Origin: Fonticula alba ATCC 38817
Taxonomy: Eukaryota > Protista > Nucleariida
Reading direction: 5' to 3' (one strand)
NCBI GenBank assembly: GCA_000388065.2
Contig: KB932207.1
DNA length: 44,429 bases
The position numbers were made by a program, and so were the translations under genes. The notes beneath the pieces were generated by a model. It did no database searches and was not told the origin of the DNA. It was given only the letters and a program-made list of their open reading frames with translations. Positions 37,567 to 44,429 of the stretch are shown here, in pieces (the stretch's first letter is position 1; every line of letters starts with the position of its first letter).

Positions 37567-39607
37567 GCAGGGAAGCGGGGACGTCGGCGTGCATGTGCGC
37601 ATGTGCATGGGGCGCCGAAGGGGGATCGCGGGAGAAATCAGCAGGTGAGAAGCACATGTGGAAGGGCGTGTCGCTGTTTGGCCGGGAGAAAGGCCGCGAG
37701 CAGGAGAGGGAGAAGGTGGAAAGGGCGAGGCCATGAGCAGGGGAGAATGGCGCGCACCCGCGGAACCGGACCGCCGTCCAGAATCTCCAGCTGGTATGTG
37801 GTCAAGCGCCGGGGATCGGTGAAGGACACATGGCGCCGGGTGGCCATAAAGCCGATCGGGTAAAAGTACCGAGCACTGTGGTACGTCGTGCGGACATGCT
37901 CGATGGTGCCGAGCCGATGAACCTGCACGCAGGCCACCGTGGCTGCCTCGATATTCGACGCGAAAGCCAACGAGGGCTGCACATCGCCTCGAAGCCGAGG
38001 CACCACTCGGACTACACGCTCGTCCACCTGCTGGCCGAAGGAGGGGGATGCCGGGTCGGTGTCCATCTGCGGCGTGGTCATGGTGGCCTCGGTGCGGTTG
38101 GGGTTCATGGCCCAGCAGATCTCGTTGAGCTCCGGCACCGGGTCCACATCGTGGATGACCAGATTGATGCCAAGCAGATCCAGCGGGAAGGTGAACCCCT
38201 GATGCGGGGCCTGGGGCGTGGGCTGTGTGGGAGGGGGAGGGGGGGGGGGCGGGAGCGGAGGGTCAGAATTGCGAGTTGCCCGAGCGGCGTGCCGGGGTTT
38301 GGAGGCACGGAGTGGGTACGGCGGGAGGGGGGGGTCTTTTTTTTCTCTCGAGGACGCACGAAAGGTTCTTGGTGGAGGACCGCCCAATCCCCAAGGGGCG
38401 ACGTGCACGAGGGCAGAGGCGTCGGCGTTAGATGAGACCGTCCGTGACAAGAGCCTCAAAGAAAGGAGGAAGCAAGAAGGGGGGAAAGTGGCATATGGCG
38501 CGTACTTTTGGTCAGGTGCGGCAAATCGAGCACCGGATCCACCGACGGCTGGCCAATGGCCTGCCACTTGGGTGCAGGCGGCGGACCAGCAAGATCAAAC
38601 TCCTCGTCCAGGTCGCTGGGTGAGGGAAGTGGGAGGGGGGGGGGGGGGCCATGAGTGGGAAGGGAAAAAGGCAGCACGGAGAGNNNNNNNNNNGGGGGGG
38701 GGGGGGGGGCCATGAGTGGGAAGGGAAAAAGGCAGCACGGAGAGCGAGTCAAGGGGACAAAAGATGACTGCGCACCAGTCCAGGTCGTTGTAGGGCTCCG
38801 GATCAGCATCAGCCACCATGTCCAGCAGGTAGCTGCCAGATTGAAGTGTATGTGTATGTGTATGTGTGTGAGAGTGTGAGCGAGAGAGAGAGAGAGAGAG
38901 AGTGAGTGAGGGGATGGGGCGAGGGCAGCTGCGCACCGGTTTTGCAACTTGGCCCTGGCAATGATGGCAGTACGTTCGGCGAGGGTGGCCTTGAGGCGTT
39001 TTTGTTTCTGCGTGATCGCGATCGGAGAGCAGGAGGAGCGCGAGGCGCGCAAGGGGAAAGGGGTGGATAAGTGTCAAGCACGCCAGGGGAGATGCGGGAC
39101 TCATCGGGGGGGGGGGGGGGGGGGTCCCGAGGGGGCAGAGGGCAGAGGGCAGAGGGCAGGCGGCAAGTCACGCACGCGCAGGAGCGCTCCCAGGCGGGCT
39201 TCCATCAGCTCCGGCGAGGACTCCACCAGCTCGGCAAGCTTGGCGCAGGAGGACAAATCCCGACCGGCCCGGCGCTCGGCCAAGGCAGCCGGCGTCGGGT
39301 CCAGCAGGGAGCCCGGCTCGAAGGGGGTATACCCGTTGAGGGCGGGCGCAGGCGCCGAGGCGGCCGGGGGCCGGTGATCGGCCAACGGAATGAACGGGGC
39401 CAGGGGGGTGTCACCGGCGCTGGAGGGCAGGACCGTGGCTGGAGGAGACAAAACCTTGTCATAGGCAAAGGCCGAAGTGGCCGCCGCACAAGCCCGATGG
39501 ATGAGCTTCTCCCGGGCGGAGCCACGTCCGACCGGGCGTTTGGCCGGCGGGCGCAGCTTCTTGCCGGCGGAGCTCGCCGGTGCTGGGCGGCTTTCAAGCT
39601 TCTTCAT
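35815..39607 (-). CDS. FYRN/FYRC-domain nuclear protein (TBRG1/NIAM-like) with an N-terminal INO80E-like helix and a long RS-rich C-terminus
   Basis: VHRLGTIEHVRTTYHSARYFYPIGFMATRRHVSFTDPRRLTTYQLEILDGGPVPR|FSIHALDQP (FYRN into FYRC), TAPDLFGLSDPTVLRLLM|TLPGADMC (FYRC), RAKLQNR|YLLDM helix, terminal exon with repeated RSRSRS. The family was recognised by eye. Confidence 0.75.
37441..37571 (-). repeat. Interrupted (CTG)n trinucleotide array (~43 triplets) in an intron of the FYR-domain gene
   Basis: The plus strand is CAG with GAG/CAA interruptions. It lies between donor GTGCGC (after GGPVPR) and acceptor GGATAG (before FSIHALD). Confidence 0.9.
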
Positions 39608-39854
39608 GGCCAGGAGTGATGGATCCTCGGGAGGAGGAGGAGGAGGAAGGGAGAAAAGCAGGGAGAAGAGGGAGATGGGAGGGGCAGATGCCGAGGGGAT
39701 GCGAAGAGGAAGCGAGAGGAAGAGGGAGAGAGAGGCGATGGGACGGGGGGGTAAGGAAAGTCCCGATCGATCCTCCGAAGTCCGATAGAGGAGGGCAGAC
39801 GCGATAAAGGGGGCCGGGCACGGGGAAAAGTGAGGACAGGAGGGGGGGGGGCGG

Positions 39855-39897
<43 letters not shown>

Positions 39898-41115
39898 GGT
39901 AGTGGGGAAATGAGTTTGCAAGTTGAAGGGTGGGATCCCTTCGACTGTCCTTTGTGGGATCAAATGAGGCCGGCGGGCGCGGGGGCAGGCAGGCCAGGAC
40001 GTGGGCGAACGAGCACCAAGCACCGGGGAGGGACAGGGCTGGCCATGCCCCAGCCAAGGGGGGGAGGACCCGTGTGTCGATGGAGCCGCAGAAGCGCGCA
40101 ACTGCACGGGCGTGCCAAGTGGAGCAACATATGCACGCTGGGCCCCCCCTGCCCCCCCGCTGCTCCCCGTCCCAGTACAGCGCACGGGAGGGAAATGTCG
40201 CCGCGGGGGACGAGCAACGAGCGCCTGCGCGGGCAGGCTGACCTGCCGTGCATGTTCCCTTCTTGCCTGGGACGATGGGGGGGGGGGGGCCGCCCCGGGG
40301 CCGGGGCTGTGGAAGGCGCATCGGAGATTTGCCCGTGACCTGGCGAATCCCAGAAGTGAGGAGGGGAGAGGAGGCACGCGCCCGGGCGAAGTGCAGAAGG
40401 CCGGCCCGCACGCCGCATCCTGAGCAGGTGTAACTAACCACCGGCCGTCTGGCGCGTTAGCCCGGGGCCCAGGGTCCCCCCCGCCCGGTCCCTCCCTTCA
40501 GCCGGTCCAGCGTTCGGGCCCGCGCGCGCGCGCGGGCACTCCCCCCCCCCCCTCACCCGGCTGGCACACCGGGATTCCCGGTTTCCCGCCGTTGTGGCGA
40601 GGGGGCCGCCGCGCGCACGCGCGCGCGTCGACACTGCTCGTGGTGTCGGGGAGATACGTGCGGACGGCAGCGAGTTTGGGAAACCCGGCGGTCGGCCTGG
40701 GGTGGAGCCCCGCGCCTCCCGCGGTCCTTTCATCCCCCTGCAGCTCGTCGGGCATCGCTTTTTCGTCGGATGAGTTGGCACTTGGTCGGGGATCTACCCC
40801 ACGGCCACCGCGTACAGACGCATCTCCGTGGCGTGCCCGGCCGGGGGGGGGGAGGGGAGGGGCGGCCAGAGGATGGGATGGGGGGAGGGGGGGGGGGGGC
40901 TGGTGCGGACTGCCGCCGGGCGACGCCGCCTGAAAAGCGGTTCCTGCACCCATCGGGATCCCCCGGGAGGGGGATGTCCCAAGGCAGTGCCCCCCTCCCC
41001 GATTGTTCCGCACCTCCCTCCTCCCCCCCCCCTCCCCCCTCCCCCTTCGCCTGGGGTCCTGCTACTCACCTCCCTCTCCCTCCCTCCCTCCCGCGCTATC
41101 TTCCCTGCTGCCCAT

Positions 41116-43822
41116 GAGCTCGGCCGGCACGATCGCGCCCGGCATCGGCGCCTCGGCTCGGGTGCCGCTGCTGGGCCTCTTTCTGCTGGCGTTGCTGCTG
41201 ATCCTGGCGCCTGGCCACGGGCAGCCGACCGACTCGCCAACCGATGGCGTCAATGCTCTGTTGGCCGGAGCGACAGCCCACGAGCTGACGGGTGATCGTC
41301 AGCGGCCGCCGCTGGTGTCCGGGCCCCACCTGGACCGCGGTGTGGTTGTGTATGATGACTGGGCGGATGCCCAGGCGGCTGGCGCCTCTACGGCCGCCCC
41401 CTCACAGGTCACCACCTCCGTGCGTTTCCCGCCAAGCCGGCTCCCCGCCCCTACTCGTCAGCCAGCTGACCGACCCATGTACATGTATGTTCGCATGCGG
41501 CCGACAGTATCGCCTGCGTCTCTTCTGCCCGAGTACCCCGGTGTATTTGTTGTCCATCATGCACCGCGGACACCCGAATGATGAGGGGTCACGGGAAATC
41601 GCCTTTGTCATTACGTATGTCTCTGCTCGTGCCGTACCCCTGCTTCTTTTTTATCTGCCGCCTCCCCCCCCCCCCGGCCTCCTGCTGACCCGACCTCGCA
41701 GGGGCTTCCGCACACCGAGCATTGCGGTCCTCTCCTCCTACAATGTGGTGTACGGCCCGGACGATGGGACTGCCCAGCCGGCCATCTGGTTGGAAATGGA
41801 CTGCAGCTTGCTGTCCAACCAGCACCCCCGGTCGGCCATTGTCCATGGGGCCGAGTTTTTCGGCTTCTCCTACGTGGTCGAGGCGCTGATCGAATATGGC
41901 GTCACCGCCAAGCACTTCCCGCTGTACGACCCATCGGCCGGCCCTCTCCCTGCCTTTGTCTCCACCCTCCCCCCCCCGCCCGCCTCTCCCTCTCTCCTCT
42001 CTCCCCCTCCCCCCCCCCCCCCCCTCCCCCCCCCCCCCCCCCCCCCCCCCCCGAATGGCGCTGCCCCCTCTGACCCCGGCCCTTCTGCAGCATCGAACAG
42101 AACCATGTTCGCTTCGACGAAATCTACCAACCCGGCATCTCGCCGATCTACAACTTCTACAATCTGTCCTCATTTTCCTGGGAGCTGTCCTATAACCAGA
42201 CGATCAAGCAGCCACCCGGGGCCCATCCCAGCACCGGGGGCTTCTGGTCAGACCGCGGGGTGGATGTGGACACCCTCGGGTCCCTGCCGGCCGATCCGCC
42301 CACCCCGCCGCGCAAGATCCTCAACATCAGCATCACCAATGCATCCATCGGGGCTCAGCTGGTGATCATTTGCGATCCGACCGAGGACCACCTGCATGAC
42401 AGCCTGCACTTGCAAGCCGGCACACCGATCATCAATCTGCGCGTGACCAAGCCTCCCTTTGGCCAGGAGCCCATGGAGCCCCATCCGACCATCGCCCCTC
42501 CGGGGTCCTCCAGCATGTCCGGCTCGGGGGATCCCCCGGGCTCCTCTGGCTCGTCGGGTCCCTCCAGCATGTCCGGCCCCTCGGGCCCTTCCGATCCCCC
42601 GGGGCCATCGGGCTCTGCTGGCTCGTCTGGCCCTTCCAGCTCGGCTGCTTCCGCTGGCGGGCCATCCAGCTCCCTGGGCGGCTCCTCGGCTGCCGGTCTT
42701 GCGGCCCGATCGATGGAGCCCACGCATCACAATACCTCGCATATGCGCTTTGTCGCGGCGCGGCTGGCCATCTCCAGTGGCGTGGGCTATGCCTGTCCGG
42801 ATCCTTCCCTGACCACGGCCCCGGATGACACCCGGAACCCCGGCGTCTACACCAGCACCCTGACCAGTGTCCGGCTGCTGGAGGGGGGCGGGGGGAATTC
42901 CACGCTCGCCGGGCCTGCCATGGTGGCTGATCCCGAGTCGGAGCCCGTGTGCCAGGAGAAGTCCGGCCGTGCGCACCTTATCTGGCCGAATTTGGCCAAT
43001 GTTGACGGCGGCCCGGCATATGTGCTCATGGACTATGTGGCCACGGCCGGCGAGCGCGGCAAGATCACCTACCAGGAGGCGGAGTTTTCCTCGATGAAAA
43101 TCATCAATGGCCCCTTCATGATTGGCTGCATCAAGCGCCTGCATGTGTCCTTCGAAATTCCCCCCAATGAGCTGGTTTCCTGGACCAAGATCCTGGCGGC
43201 CACGCCGCCCTGCACGGCTGACCCCACCCCTCGGGACCCGCCATCGTCGGTTCGGATAACCGCCTACACGGCCTGTGTTGTCGGGATTTCCGCCGTGGCC
43301 ATGGGCATCCTGGCGCAGCTGGTGGTCGTCCTGCGCCAGAGCCGCACCAGCAAAAAGACCAATGCGAAGCTGGATGCCGCCCGCGCCGGTCGCCGGATGA
43401 TCAACCAGCAGCAGACCAACACCCGGGCCAACCATCCTCATCTTCAGCACCAGCAGATGGCCGCTTCGGCTGCCTTCCCGCCGAAGATGGTGTCCAGTCA
43501 CTTTGCCGCGGCCGCCTCCCTGGACCCCATGGCGCGCCTCATGCCCCAGCACCAGCCGGCCTCGCTGCAGGAGGCCCAGCCGGCCCAGGTGCCGGATCCG
43601 GCGACCGACCCCTTCCACCAGCAGTACCAGCAGTACCAGCAATACCAGCAGTACCAGCAGTACCAGCAGTATTTGCAATATCACCACCAGTACCAGCAGC
43701 AATTCTTCCAACAGCCGCAGGACGGCATCGGCCAGTATGCCGCCGATGAGCAGCCGCTGGAGGATGGCGACTTGCAGAGTGGTGCCACATCGCCCAACAC
43801 CGAGCCATCTCCTCGGGGATGA
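41116..43822 (+). CDS. Orphan type-I membrane protein: signal peptide, large ectodomain, one TM helix, Gln/Tyr-rich tail; introns ~41422-41507, ~41615-41700, ~41923-42090
   Basis: Signal-like VPLLGLFLLALLLILAPGHG. Exons join in frame (TTS|YRLRLF; FVIT|GFRT; HFPL|IEQNH) into the 42260-43822 ORF. TM segment AYTACVVGISAVAMGILAQLVVVL is followed by basic RQSRTSKK. Confidence 0.72.
43619..43700 (+). repeat. Coding 9-bp tandem repeat (CAGCAGTAC) encoding (QQY)n
   Basis: Visible directly; it translates as HQQYQQYQQYQQYQQYQQYLQYHHQYQQQ. Confidence 0.9.
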
Positions 43823-44130
43823 GGCAAGGAGTGTCGTCCCCCCCTTCTCCGGATTGGTCCTCCTTCTTTTTTTTTTCGTCGATTCAAAAAGGGCCAAGAC
43901 GGCAGCCGACAGGAGGATGTCCCGACGGCCCCTGTCAGTCAATACAAAGATTCGCTATTGCACTTTTTGGAGGGGTCTATTGAACCAGCAGAACAGGGAG
44001 AGGCTGTGAGGCATGTGAGGAGAGGCCACACCGTGGCGGCTGGTGGCGATGGAGGGGGAGGGTGACAACACGGTGACGAGGGCAGCGGCCAAACCAGGGG
44101 CGTGGCCAAGCACCGGGGCTTTTCCCCATC

Positions 44131-44351
44131 TCAGAGGACGCCCCAGAAGTCCTCGAAGGCACAGCAAATCTTCCCCAGGACCACCGAGGCCGACAGCTCA
44201 TACTCACTGACCGAGACCATCTCATCGACATAGTCATCCTGGATGACGCCGTGCGCGAAACAGCCCACCACAAACACGAAGGGCTCCCCATCGGGCAGGG
44301 TCTTGACCCAGTCGTTGATCCGGACCACCTTCTCGGCGCGGTGATTCATGG
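44131..44351 (-). CDS. EMG1: Last exon of the EMG1/NEP1 18S rRNA pseudouridine N1-methyltransferase; the gene continues beyond the window
   Basis: FVFVVGCFAHG...YVDEMVSVSEYELSASVVLGKICCAFEDFWGVL* matches the Nep1 C-terminus. It is preceded by a CTAAC branch site, a poly-C tract and a CAG acceptor. Confidence 0.92.
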
Positions 44352-44429
44352 CTGGACGCGGGGGGACGGGGACGAGGGGGGGGGGGGGGGCGATGTTAGA
44401 GGAGACTGGCCAGGGGGCATTACGGCGGG

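Noticed and set aside
36956-37657. ORFs with poly-Leu, poly-Ser/Arg or poly-Cys runs
   Set aside because: They are translations of the intronic CTG repeat. The FYR protein splices in frame around it (GGPVPR|FSIH).
1-44429. CRISPR arrays, operons, transposases, rRNA or spliceosomal snRNA genes
   Set aside because: No regularly spaced repeats, transposase/RT motifs or recognisable snRNA/rRNA signatures were seen. The window is ordinary intron-rich eukaryotic gene space.

Overview
GC-rich, gene-dense eukaryotic genomic DNA with short GT-AG introns full of C-homopolymers and microsatellites. The style fits a unicellular opisthokont such as Fonticula; this is an inference, not verified. I can support eleven intron-containing genes or gene fragments: an ADCK1/ABC1-like atypical kinase, EndoG/Nuc1, RPA2 (Pol I), NOB1, ARV1, NOP2, DDX46/Prp5, a PTS2 peroxisomal thiolase, a FYRN/FYRC protein with an RS tail, an orphan type-I membrane protein and the last exon of EMG1. 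There is also one coiled-coil locus whose structure is ambiguous (one gene or two). Four of the genes act in ribosome biogenesis. Five N-gaps are flanked by misplaced or degraded copies of nearby sequence and are assembly artefacts, but one copy recovers the missing NOB1 exon. The most striking unexplained signal is a ~140-nt multi-hairpin element, including a 17-bp perfect stem. It lies between two competing 3' splice sites in thiolase intron 3 and is a candidate splice-regulatory RNA or nested ncRNA. I saw no CRISPR, prokaryotic system, tRNA, rRNA or autonomous mobile element.
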